Positions 37,427 to 50,537 of a stretch of 64,000 nt of DNA are shown here, piece by piece (the stretch's first letter is position 1; every line of letters begins with the position of its first letter). This DNA comes from Bigelowiella natans CCMP2755 (Eukaryota; Protista; Cercozoa). A model generated the notes under the pieces. It worked only from the letters and a program-made list of their open reading frames with translations. It did no database searches and was not told the DNA's origin. The DNA is taken from the NCBI GenBank assembly GCA_000320545.1, contig ADNK01001115.1:1-64000 (forward strand). Reading direction: 5' to 3'. A program made the position numbers and the translations under genes.

Positions 37427-39055
37427 ATGGTCGCCCACCCCCAGCAGGTCGGTACTCTTTTTCTGTGCTGTGTGTCCTCTGCGTGCCTACGCTTCACCCT
37501 GGCTGCAATTCTCAGATTTTGGGTTGCGTAGAAGTGGAGTGAGTGTGCAAGCTCATTAACCCCCTCCCTTTCCCCCTCCTACAGCCAGAAGCCCGACCCC
37601 CCCCACGGATTCCAGGGGAGGCCGTTTCTGGCGTGAACGAGGGAAATAGCAACATGTATGAAACGTCTCAGAAATTCGATGGGTGCAGTGTTTCTGAAGA
37701 TGATATCCATCCAAAAGTTCGGAAATACATTGGTGAAGCCCGGTAATGATTCATCTTGATTTCCTCACTTGCATCCCTCGAATGCATGCTTAGCTTGCAC
37801 TCTGGTTATTCTCAGCAGAAACTTTGCCGTGCCGGTGATGGCACTTGTAATCGCTGCGGCGTTGCAATTCATGCACACAGAATCTACAGTAATGACAGCG
37901 TTCCATTTATTATCGCTGCCGTTTTCGATCGCGGGTCGCATCGCAATTCTAAGGCCAGAGCCCTCCCCCCCGGTCGCAGGAAATTGCTCCTTCACCAGCG
38001 TCGGGTGCTATCTCTTGACGCGAAGCATCATTAGGAGCTTTGTGTCGCCGGATACTAGCATCGATCAGCTTAGAAATGACGCCTTGAGAGGCTACCAGCT
38101 GACTTCGAGGGCTTCTGTCAGCCATGTAAACTACTCCACGGCACTACTAGTAGGCGACAGCGATGGCGCCCTTGCTTCGAGCTTCGGAGATTACGACAGT
38201 AGAGCCCACACCACATTGTACGGTGAATGGATCGTGGCAGTACCTTGGGAATCCGAGATCCCAACTCCCAACGGGCAATTCAACGCGGATTTGGCGGTGG
38301 TTAGGGTGTTCCTCTACTTCCATGGCGGGGCGCATGTTCTAGGAAAGGCGAGCCAAGACTCCCGAGTGATGGAAGAGTTTGCACTTGGGCTGCACGCTGC
38401 CCCGGCCGCGATCTTGAACGCGAACTACAGGCTGTTGCCTGAGCATGACCCGAAGACACAGCTTGCAGATGCAATCTCGGCCTATCTCTTCCTCGTCGAA
38501 TCAGGGATTAGACCTGAAAATGTGATAGTGGGCGGCTGCTCAGCCGGAGCCACCATTGCATGGCGGGTGGCGACCGAATTGCAAGAACATGCGCGCCCCC
38601 GCGCTTTGGTTTTACAATCCCCGGGAACGCTCAGCGGGGAAAGGACCCATTTCAGAGAGTACGCTAACTTCAAGGACAACGCCAAGGTTTGCACCCTCGG
38701 AGGCGAAGGCATCATGAGCTTGGTCGAGCAGCAATGGAAGAAGAGGGGTGTTGAGGACATCGAATACTTCAAGCTCCATCATCTGCCGGAGAGTACCCTG
38801 CGAACCCTTCCGCCTACTTTGGTTTTAGCGTCCGACTTCGAGCTCATGATCGATGCCATACAGGAGAATGTGGCGTACCTCAAGGAACTAGGGGCGGAGA
38901 TTACGTTGAAGTTATCACAATGCTTATATCACTGCCCTTTGAGCGGCGCTTGGCCTGCAATCCCTCTTCTCTTTGGTGCAGAGGAAGCTGTGGAGGAGCT
39001 TCATCACACTATCGAGTGGATGCAGGCTCAATGGAATAGACCTGTACCCACCTAG
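37427..39055 (+). CDS. Alpha/beta hydrolase of the hormone-sensitive-lipase family (Abhydrolase_3); 3 exons
   Basis: FLYFHGGA oxyanion motif, NYRLLPEH, GCSAG nucleophile elbow, LPPTLVL..D and late His; two short 5' exons splice in phase. Confidence 0.85.
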
Positions 39056-39462
39056 ATGAACCTGAGAGGATGTGATTTAAAAAAAAGCAATTTTAAGCTC
39101 CAGATATTGGTTTTTCTCTCCCTCTCACAAAAAAAATTTAGATTCAATTAGATGTGCTTCTGCTCCCGCGGGATGGAGTAGATATATCGCTGCATTTTCC
39201 CCTCTGCTCTTCATCTACTACGAGTCGTGAGCTACTACGTTGACAAATGAGTAATCAAATGAGTAATGGTTTAAGTCAAAATATCACTATGTCAGAACTG
39301 GTAACATCACCGCATCCCCTCCCCCCCCACACACAAGCATACCCCTAGTACACATCATTACACATGTGTATGTGTACAACACCAATGTGTGCTGCAACAT
39401 CATTTACAACTGTCTAGCCGTGCTGAGTGTGTACCCGTGTGCATGTCTAAATGCATAGCAGC

Positions 39463-39565
39463 ATATGAGATGGATGTAAGGAACCAAAAATTTTTAAAAA
39501 ATCAATGGTCACATCATAATTTGGTTGTGCAAAGCAGCGGCCACAGCGCTTAAATTATGTTTGTT
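39463..39565 (+). repeat. Dispersed ~90-bp two-hairpin element, copy 3
   Basis: atatgagatggatgtaaggaa...ttaaa..tcaatggtcacatc...ggttgtgcaaagcagcggccacagcgcttaaattatgtttgtt. Confidence 0.85.
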
Positions 39566-39772
39566 CGTAAATTCTGTTGTGACGTCTTTCATGCATGAAA
39601 ATGCGGTGCGTGTAGCAGCAGCAGCATGTACATTATTGCTACAGCCGTAGCTAGCGTAGGTAGTGCTAGCAATCAGTTAACATCACTACATAAGCGCTAA
39701 AACGGGAGATCAGCAAATGCTCAACTCTCGTACATATACTAGTCCCCATTGTCTGCCTGGCGCTACCGCTAG

Positions 39773-40142
39773 CTATAATTGCTTGTTACCAGAGTCAAAG
39801 TGAGGGCGAACATTGAAGATGCCATGAGCGGTGCCTACTACCAAGCCGTTATGGTCTGATCCGCTCCACGCGCATACGTTTATGCAGCATTCTTCGTTGT
39901 TCTTGTTGGATGTTCGCATATGCGACATCTCTGCTATGTAGTCGATGCCGTAGTTGCTGCTGCTGACTGGTACTCTTTTCTCGAGTAACAAGGCTCCTGT
40001 GACTACATTCCATGCTCTCAGCTTACCATCCGACCCACCAATGAAGAGATATCTAGTAGACAATAACAACAACAACATCAACAGGAATCATGCTGGATGT
40101 TGTTGTTCGAAGCGCGCAAGAAAACCGAGCCACACACAAACA

Positions 40143-40173
<31 letters not shown>

Positions 40174-42021
40174 GCACGCACACACATGAATAAACACAAC
40201 AACCTCCCTGTGCTATCGAGCGTCCCTCGTAACGACTGATAAAAATACCAACAGAGGCAAAACGAACCCAATCCACACTGCTGTCATCACACATTGCCAG
40301 GCGATTGATGAGAGGGGGGGGGAGAGGAATGGCTCGTCGTTGGGCTCTCTCCGACTTATCAGAATATGCGACATCAAAGCTATTATTAACACCTCCCTCC
40401 TGCTAGCGAACACACTCACCGGATTCACACGGTTTGTGTGGCCATGGAAGCTCTGCACCACCCCCTTGGGATACCGGTAGTCCCACAGTGCCTTCGGAGA
40501 GAGAGGGGGGGGGGAAGAATATTCGTGTGTTTGCGTGTGTGCGTGTGCGTGTGCGTGTGCGTGTGCGTGTGTATAATGTATTATTTATTATACTCTACCA
40601 GCTTTCCATCGATCCCAGCAGTTACAACAGCTTTGCTGTCGATGCCAGGGAGGCCCTCCATCCAGGTGATGCTTGAGCGCGTCTCTATCATCGAGACGGT
40701 GCTTCGCTTTCTATGCCTACTTCTCTTGCTGCCACTGCTGCTGCTGCTACTACCATGGCCCTGTCCTCTGAAGCAATGCTGCTTCGTTTGCCCGCCTATG
40801 GATGGTGTTCTCTGTCTTCTGCCTCCCCTCCCTCCTCCTCTTCCTCTCTCTCTTCCTTGCACAGTCATTGTTGTTGTCCAGGGTGACATCTCCATGCTCA
40901 ACGTCGCGGTTTTCACCCTAACGGGAGGGGCAGATCGGGTATCGATGACCCGCAGCTCCCCTCGTCGTGTTCCGTAGCGAATCTCGTTACCCTGCAGAAG
41001 GGAGGGGGAGGGAGAATACATAGTAGCACCAACAAATCTAAGGCTCTATGAGGAATAGAAATCCCTGCGTCATCACACCTCGATCGTGACGTGAATGCTT
41101 ATTTTTTTGCCCTTCATCGTCTCCTCTCCCCCCCCCCCCCCCCTGTGCATGCTTAGAGACAGACATTAGAGGCGTAGTCCAGAGCCCATACTCCAGATTT
41201 GTTCGAGAAGTATTCCCTTATGGCGTCAGGGCGAGCAATGTTTATGATGGCCAAGTTCCGTGAGGTGCCGACAGCGACCTGCGGGTAGTACTCGAATGAA
41301 GCATTTGTATCCTCCTCCTCCTCGTCATCATCATCATCCTCTCATCGCCATCACCATCGAAATCATAATAATAATAATAGGGAGATAATATAGGTAAAAG
41401 CACGCATCGATCTCTGTAATGCTTGCTACCTCAGTTGTGCCCCCTTTGAAGTCGGGATGCACCTGCACATACCGCACACCATCAATATATTTAGTTGATG
41501 TGTGTGTGTTTGCGTGTGTGTGTGTGTGTGTGCGTGTGCGTACGTATTTATTTAACACTAACAGGATTTCAGGATATGTGCGTACTTTGGAGTTCCATAT
41601 TGTCCCTTTGCTTAGCGTCAGATCGAAGGTAAACTGGTGCTCTTGGTTCGGACGTTGCTTTACCTGGGTGAGGGTCGTGGTGGTGGCGGCGGCGGTGGCG
41701 AGGAGTAGACGTATTTGTTTAAGTGCGTATTATCTTCTCAACTTAAAGTAATGATTATGCCCCTTTCTCTCCTCTGCCAAAACCGTATGAATGTTCTTGC
41801 TTCATCAACGAGATGCATCATCATCGTCATCATCGTCATCATCGTCATCATCGTCATCATCATTATCATCATTATCCCGTGCACCAGGGAAACCTTAATG
41901 CTTCCAGGCTGCGAGCTGCCGAATAGCGTGTAGAGTACGGCCTCGCTGCTAGGGATGTATGCGATGGAGCTGATCTTATCGCCGTATCTCCTGATAAATA
42001 CAATTAAAAATGTATATATAT

Positions 42022-42094
<73 letters not shown>

Positions 42095-42816
42095 GGGTGC
42101 CGCACCTTTCCGATTTGATCTCGAAGGTGTTTGCTTGCATCTAGGTGAGTAGGAGGATGAGGAGAATCAAATGAAGAAGGAGGGAGGGGGGAATGACAGG
42201 ACAGAGTAGCAATACAGGACTCACTTCGATGCGCCTAAAGCAGCGCCATCACCATCACCATCATCATCATCACCATCATCATCATCACCATCATCATCAT
42301 CACCATCACCATCACCATCATCATCACCATCACCATCACCATCACCATCATCACCATCATCATCACCATCACCATCATCATCATCACCATCATCACCATC
42401 ATCTACCTCGGATGTTAACTCAAGGGTTCCCCTAGTCATGCAGCCATCGGGTGCTATGCCTCCCGCCACGATCACAACCTGAGAGGGCCTGTTGCTGCTC
42501 GCTGTGATCAAAGGTGGGCGGGGGTGAGATTTAGAAATCAGAACACATGGGGTTCGAATGACTTGATCCCTAGCTGTTATGAAGGAAGTTGTGGGATGTG
42601 CTTCCTGCGTGTATGGATTTCTCGTCCATCTCCTTAATCTTTCTTCTTCTTCTTCATCATCATCATCATCCTCCTCCTCTCTAGTTTGTATATTTCTCAT
42701 CGTTCAGGTTGGAAACGTTGCATAATTACCACCGCTGCTGCTGCTGCTGCTGCTACTACAGCACGCCAATGCTGTTTGAGAAGGGCACCCATGCAACTTG
42801 CGAATCTGCAGTAGCA

Positions 42817-42849
<33 letters not shown>

Positions 42850-43265
42850 CAAGATAATTACTAACAGACGCTGTCTCTCCCTCCCTTCGATTTCCCCTCG
42901 TACTCCTCTCCGCCCCCTCCCCCCTTCCACAAAGCTCGTGTGCTCGAAAAACGAGCGTGGTTGCTTGCTGGAGCATGCTTTCGGTTAAGGTCTTGGAACA
43001 ATATGCAGAGGCACGAATATGCACATTTTCACTAGATCTCTGAAGCTAAAAAACAGAAGAAAAGCCCCTTTTTCCAATCGTGCAAATCAGTGGTGGTGGC
43101 AGTTGTAGTAGTAGTAGGAGGAGGAGGAGTAAATGAAGTAGTACCCCGTTTTTGTTGTCGAGCCCTCTTACCACGCCAATATCTCTCACCTCCCCACATT
43201 TCCATGACCCTGAAAGCAGCATAAATGATGCTTAGAGTCCTCAAGCTACAGAGACTGTGCGCATT

Positions 43266-43300
<35 letters not shown>

Positions 43301-44914
43301 TATATATGGAGTATATCTGTGTGTAAATATCAAACGCGAGCATGTATGCTTCCTTTGCAGAGGCGCAATATTTCACGCCAGTAGTCGCCTGAATGCCCGT
43401 GTGCTGTTGCGACTTTCTACGATCATGCAGCCACTGATTCTTGCTATAACTAATGTCTCTGATGTACCCCTCGTCGACGATGATACTCCTCTTTCAAGAA
43501 GAGATGACACTATTGATTTCGTGCTTCTCCTCCTCCTCACCATTCCTCCGACTCTTCTTCTTCTGCTGCAACCTGAGGCCGCGAAAGAAAACATGGTACT
43601 CGTTATGTTACATGTTTGCTGACGAGATTTTCTTGCCGGACCCCTCTCTCTCCCCAATCCTTTCTGTTGGGGGCGGGCACTGTACAGCTATCTTCCTTTC
43701 CTGGACCTAGGTACTATTTGATATTAATCCACGGAGAAAAGGCTTTCGATATATGTTGCACGCCCGCTGCCCCCCCCCCCTCTTCACTTTAGAGTGGAAG
43801 AAGCACACAATATTTCTATCGGGGTGGTTGCGTGCGAAGAAGGTGTTTGTAAGGAGGTAAAATGTATGAATGAATAACCTGCTTCCCCATTTGATGATGC
43901 CGTAGCAGTACCATCTCCCCGTCGTTGCTTTTTATCTGTCTGCTGCTGCTGCTGCTTCTTACGAGTCACTCGCCGCTTGTCCAGCTTGAAATAGCGACCC
44001 TTCTCCTCGTCGAAGTAGTGGCCTTTTAATTATTTATTGGCCATTAGATGGTGAGGGGGTAGCAGCGGGATAGAGGAGGAGGATAAGGGCGTTGGAAATG
44101 TATGTATTAGTTGAATTTCTGTGAAAAGTCTCCATATCAGCATAACAGCGTCTCACCTCGAATCCTGGGCGGTGGGTTTTTTCCGTGTTTCCGGGAGCTC
44201 TTTGTACATTGCGCTGCGGAAGTCGCTGCTCTTGATTTAGAGCTTCTTCCTACCGTCGTAACAACATCTGCTTGCTTTGGCTTGGCGTCTTCCTCGTCGT
44301 GGCTTGACCTACACAGCAGTTGATTTACAGCACAAAAAGAGAAAGAAACCTGGATGAAAGTTGGAATACTATCGGGTCGATTAGCTCAGGTGAGTAATAC
44401 TCTGAGGACGAATCGAGGAAGTGTCTTTTTCGCGCACGGGGTTTGGTCTTTTCCTTTGTGTCTTCTAATAATATGTGCATGAGGGCAACCAAATCATAGC
44501 CGCAGCAGAACAGGGCGAGGGGTGAGCGGTAATGATCACAAAAAAAAGGCGATTGATTGGTCAATAGTTTGGAATTCGAAAGCACGATGGCTCCCCACCA
44601 GGTAGTTTTTCTTGTTCGCGTCGCCGTCCCTTTAAGTGGCGGGTAACTCCGACGGTGGATAACAATTCCTGGCTCTGGTTGCCCTCGTAATTTTTCTTCT
44701 TTTTCTTCTTCCGCCTCTTCTTCCTTCTAGAAGTGCTCGATCCAGAAGCGCCATGTTTGTTTGTTGCTTTTTTTCTGTTGGATTCATCGCCTCCGCCGCC
44801 TCTACTTGTCTCCTCCATCGACCGTATCGGCGCTGCCCTCGTAGACTGGTGGGGGGTTGGGACCAGTTCCGACGCTGAATTCCGAGGGGTTGTTGTAAGT
44901 GTTCTGTTTTTCAT
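39773..44914 (-). CDS. DCAF4/WDR21-like WD40-repeat protein; many exons with microsatellite-rich introns
   Basis: N-terminal RIRGHYFDEEKGRYFKL (cf. the DCAF4-like GYYYDxEKxRYF motif); WD repeats YGTRRGELRVIDTR, VVTAGIDGK..LWD, SFHGHTN, LFIGGSDGKLRAWNV; start codon inferred. Confidence 0.72.
42247..42402. repeat. Long (CAT/CAC)n triplet microsatellite, probably intronic, in the WD40 gene
   Basis: About 52 CAY triplets; source of the spurious poly-His and poly-Asp/Gly ORFs. Confidence 0.9.
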
Positions 44915-45009
44915 CCTTTCCAAAACAACCGAAACTATCCTATATTTTCAGTCTATTATCGGAGCGTCTCGTGAAAATCTCGAGAATCCACGGAAGCGGA
45001 ACTCGTAGT

Positions 45010-45374
45010 ATGAGCTTTTCAGGCGCTCCCCCCGCTGTCGGGGCTCCTCGGAACGGCAGGGGCCTGAATGCACCATCCCACCGAACATTTTTCGATGACC
45101 AGCAACTCCCTCCGAAAGAATCTGCTGTGGCGAAAGGGGAGGAGGCCCTCGTGGAGAATAGTAAGCCTATTCTCGAGTTTGTTCGGCGATCCATCGTTGG
45201 GAACTTTCAAGTGGTAAATGGCCCCTTTGGCCGTCGGAGGGTGCTGTATGCCGACTACGTTGCCTCTGGGAAGCCATTGCACTCAATCGAGGACTATATT
45301 CGAAAGGAGGTTTGTTTTATTCAATATATTTTCTCGTATGGTGATAACACCTTCAAACTCTCCCTCGCTCTCTC

Positions 45375-45413
<39 letters not shown>

Positions 45414-45764
45414 CCCCCTCTCTCTCTCTCTCTAGGTTATGCCAGTTTACGCCAATACGCATACGACGACATCTGTCACTGGACTACAGAGCACCCTCTT
45501 TCGTGAGGAGGCGCGATCAATTGTTCATCGATGCGTTAGGGCGGGGAAAGATGACGCGATTATCTTCTGCGGCAGGTCCTTTGCCTGCAAACAAATGCGA
45601 GATCCTCTGCTCTCCACACTTTAGCCATATGTGAATCTAAGAAGGAAAGAGATGTGTAGAAAGAAGGAGGAGAATAATAATAATAATAATAATAATAATG
45701 GGGAAGACGTAGCGGGAAGAGATAGAGCGAGTGAGAGAGAAACTGTGACTATTGAATTACGGAA

Positions 45765-45798
<34 letters not shown>

Positions 45799-46536
45799 TG
45801 CCTCTCAGCGGGGCAACTGGAGCGTTAAACCGCCTGGCGTCACTTGTCGGGTTGAAGAAGAAGGCCGAGCACCCACACGAGGCCCAGGCTAAAGATCGGT
45901 CGATGTGGCCTGTTGTGTTGGTGGGACCGTACGAACATCATTCCAACCTGCTACCATGGCGCGAGTGCATCTGCGTGATCGAGCAAGTGAAGGAGGACAG
46001 CGCCAATGGTGGTGTAGATATGCGTCATCTAGAAGAGGTTCTGCGTCGATTGCGACACGATGATGCGCGAAGCGTCGAAGGGGGGGCGGGCTCGAAAAGG
46101 AGGCTGATAATTGGCACGTTCAGCGCAGCCTCGAATGTGACAGGAATCCTCACTGATACGAGGAAAGTCACCGAGCTTTTGCACAAATATGGTAGTAGTA
46201 GTAGTAGCAGCAGTAGTGGTCGTCGTCGTCGTCGTAGTAGTAGACGAAGGAGGAGGAGCTACAATGCGCCATGCTGTTGTTCCTAGTAGCTGAGACACTC
46301 CCATGCTTCTCTTCCTTTCGTCTGATCGATGTTGTTAAGAATGGAGATGATGACTTGCCTGCTGCCTCAAACAACAGGCAAGTTGTTCCTCCTGCTTCTT
46401 GTTTATCTGCAACAGAGAGCACGCATGCTCTGAGCCTCACATAACAACCACAAACAAACAAAGAAGCATACAAAATCACAAACACACAACGTCACACCAC
46501 TTCCTGCATTCCGGGTGTCGTCTTGTCGCTAATACC

Positions 46537-46572
<36 letters not shown>

Positions 46573-46886
46573 GCTACCACGCAGGAGCTTTATCGTTCTG
46601 GGACTATGCGACAGCTGGGCCCTACGTCGATGTCGATATGCACCCAGGAGGGGCTCAAGGAAGCCAAGGGGGTGGGGGTGGCGCAGCCAAAGACGCGATT
46701 GTTCTCTCCACGCACAAGTTCCTTGGAGGTACTATACTACTACTACTACTACTGCTGCTGCTGCTGATACTACTACTACTACTACTACTACTACTACAAC
46801 TTCTACCCTGAAGCGAAACCCTCGATGATAGCGGCAGCAGCAGCAGCAGAAGAGATACGCATCAATATGAAACTTGTCAGGACACA

Positions 46887-46938
<52 letters not shown>

Positions 46939-46947
46939 TTCTCTCCC

Positions 46948-46987
<40 letters not shown>

Positions 46988-47119
46988 CTTTCTCCCGTAA
47001 CCTTCTTCACTGCTCCCCCCCCTTCGACAAGGGCCAGGAACTCCAGGGATTTTAGTGGTTAAGAAAGCTCTGCTTGCAAGGCGGCTCGCCAGCGCCCCTA
47101 CGGAGGTGATGTTTCTCTC

Positions 47120-47158
<39 letters not shown>

Positions 47159-47392
47159 ATGTGCGTGCTGATGAGATCCGGCCCAAGTCCTGAAACTGTA
47201 CAAATCGAGATGTCTCTGTCGGTTGCACGACGGCACCCCCGCCCCCTGTGAAAAGAGTGTCGCCCTTTCATTGCGCTTAGGTTGGGGGGGGCACCGTGTT
47301 CTTCGTCGGGGATAACTGGCATCGTTACCTGGAGAATCTCGAGGAGAGGGAGGAGGGGGGTACTCCAGACATCATTGGTGCGGTGAGAGCGG

Positions 47393-47424
<32 letters not shown>

Positions 47425-48150
47425 CTACTACTACGTGCCTTATCTATTGAAAAGGAAAGACGAAAACAAACACGCCATGGAAAGAAGCGAGTCACCGCCT
47501 CCTCTGCATGCATCTCCCTTAGAAAACGCACACCGCCACACACACGCACGCACATAAGGAGAGCTCCTTCTCGTCCTTTCATTCCTCCATCTTCCTCCGC
47601 ATCGTTCACACAATGCGTTGTCGTGCTGAAACAACGGCACGGCTACGACTAGGGTCTGGTTTTCCAGTTGAAGGAGGCCATTGGCTCTACGACGGTCAGG
47701 AGTACGGAAGAGCTCCATCGCGCCGCAGCAATGCCTCGCCTACAAAAGCACAAGTTTATCAGGCTGCTGGGTGCGTGCGTGCGTGCGCACTGTGCAGTCA
47801 GTATGCGTGATAGTGCGTTAGTGTGTTCGTGTGTGTGGGGGGTGGTGGGGGTGGTGTCTAAGCCGTTGTTCATTCATCACCATCATCTTCTTCTTCTTCA
47901 TCATCATCATAATCATCATGATCTAATCCCTTTTCCCTTTCTACTACTACGTTTGTCTCCATATCGACAGGGCACGAAGCCACAACGACCCGCTTGCCGG
48001 TCTTCTCCTTCAACATTGCGGCGCCGCCGCCTTTCTCGCGCACTCTTGCGGGACGCAATAGCCCGCCTCTCCCACCCGGGGTATGTTATGACGATAGCAG
48101 CAGTAGAAAGAGGACGAGATCAGAATATTTCACTAATGCTTACTGTTGGA

Positions 48151-48191
<41 letters not shown>

Positions 48192-48198
48192 AATAATC

Positions 48199-48232
<34 letters not shown>

Positions 48233-49075
48233 GTCTGTGTGTGTGTGTATCATCTCTATTAAGGGTTCCAACCATGATTTAATACTGCATTACGGCTTCG
48301 TTTCCGCCCTTCTCAACGACCTCTTTGGAGTGCAGGCGCGCGGGGGGTAAACAACAGCAATCATACATCGTGTAAATGCACGAACACCCTTACAAAAACG
48401 TTCAAAGCACGCAAATTCCATTGTGAGCACGCCACAGAGCTCAAGTATCTCCCTCACCCCCCCCCCCCTTCTTCTTCCCTTAATGTGGTACTCTCCGCAG
48501 ATGTGCTTGTGCAGGGCCATATGCCCAACACTGCTTAGGCATCGATAGCACACGCGCACGGCGCCTGGAGGGACAGCTACTGAATAAGTCGGAAATTGTG
48601 CGGCCGGGGTTTGTCCGCGTGTGCTTTCATTATGCGATGACTCGCCAGGTACTTTCTCTCCCTTATTTGGTGATGCTTTTGCCTTGAAGGTCTTTTCTAT
48701 GCCCCCCCCCCCCCCCTCAGTACAACGGGTGATAACATCTATCTATCCTCCTGTTGGCCTCTTCCCTCGGAGATCATTCGTTTTTTTTGGCTTTGTTTTT
48801 TTGTTTTCAGGAACGTGAAAGCATCCTGCGTGCGATTGAGTTCGTCGCGGAGTACGGGTGGTGCTTCATGCCACTCTACACCTTCAAGATTGAGAGGTAT
48901 TAAGTATTAATGATGATGATGATAATAATAATAATAATAATGATAAGAGCGTGCTTGTTGCTGCTGCTGATCATGCTGCAATTTAGACCCCCTTGTGTAG
49001 TAGTTTTTTCTGGGTTGGAGACGGGGTGGGGGGTGGGGGGAGGTGAGCGTAATAACACCGATTATACATATATGT

Positions 49076-49112
<37 letters not shown>

Positions 49113-49693
49113 TATGTGTTGTGTTGTGTTGTGTGCGTGTGTGTATGTGTGTTTTACTTAAGCGGGGAATGGGTTCATCGTCGTCTGGCTGCTAGGGGGC
49201 GGCCCGACCGCCGTTGGCTAGGAAGGATATCGTACCAATGTGCGTGACGGACTCACGACAGCACTCATAGCTTTACAACACAACTCCAACCTACTATTTC
49301 GAGGACCGCACATACACACACTCACGCATATGTATAATATGTCTGAATGCATATCAAGTATTCAACTGGAACAGCGGCGTGAACAACTGTATACCTTCCA
49401 CCCTCCCTCCCCCCCCCCCCCTCTCTCTCTCTCTGTATGTGTGTGCTCTCGCGGTCTTCTTCACATAATCAGCGGGGTCCATGGTCTACCCCAAGTCAGA
49501 GGGAGGCGATGGGGAGGGGGACGCAAAATCGACTCTACCCCGCGAGGGTAGTGCTCCGATGATGGAAGAGCTGCTGGCAGAGGCACATCGTGTTGTTGAG
49601 TCGCTTAAGGAAAAGCCTCCTGTCGTTGTCGATCAGAAAACAACTCTACCGGTAGGTGCATGGGGCATGAAGCGCTACTGAAAGGCGTACGCT

Positions 49694-49728
<35 letters not shown>

Positions 49729-50487
49729 ACTACTGCTATTGCTAATACTCGCTGGTAGGCCCCCGTCCTGCCCCTGCGCTGGTTCATGCTGCCCTCAGAA
49801 GCAGCACATCTACTCCGGTGAGGGAGGGGTTGTTGTTAGATCATCATTGGCCTTAAGACCCATCGTATCGTTAGCGATAGAGACACTTCTCCACCCGACC
49901 GATCATCGTTTTAGCCTGGCGTGTATTCCTTCCTTGTCTTGCGGCGTTGAATCATCGTCGCTCTTCAGAGAGAACGAGAGAGAGAGAGGGGGGGGAGGGT
50001 GAGTGTGCAAGTGAGTGAGTACCGCAGCAGTATATGTTCCCCTCAAATCCACTCCTCCCCCCCCCTCACCCAGGTCGCCGAGCGCCACTCTTGAAGAGCT
50101 GCGGGGAGGGGATCTTAACCATAGCATTAGCAGCAGCAATGGCGGGAAGAATGGTGATGAGCGTGAGGAAGACTCTTCAATGCAAGTCGAGGCCGCTGGC
50201 CACAGCGGAGGCGACGTCAAACAAACAACAGCATTCACGGCAGCAATCCCCTTCACCAACACCAGCACCAGCACTAGTAACCTATGCAGGAATTGCTTTC
50301 ACCCGCATTCGATGGGGAAGGTAGCTCCCAACGATGATGATGCTTATGATGCTCTGCTCATGCTTCTGATGATGGTGATGCTGGCGATGATGATGATGAT
50401 GATGATGATGATGGTGGTGATGGTGGTGGTGGTGGAAAACAGCGACGATCAAGAGATAGCGACGCAGCATGGAAAATCCTAAATGAG

Positions 50488-50537
<50 letters not shown>

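Noticed and set aside
42193-42435. Poly-His ORF, and the many VCVC/LSLS/YIYI/ERER ORFs across the window
   Set aside because: These are translations of intronic microsatellites
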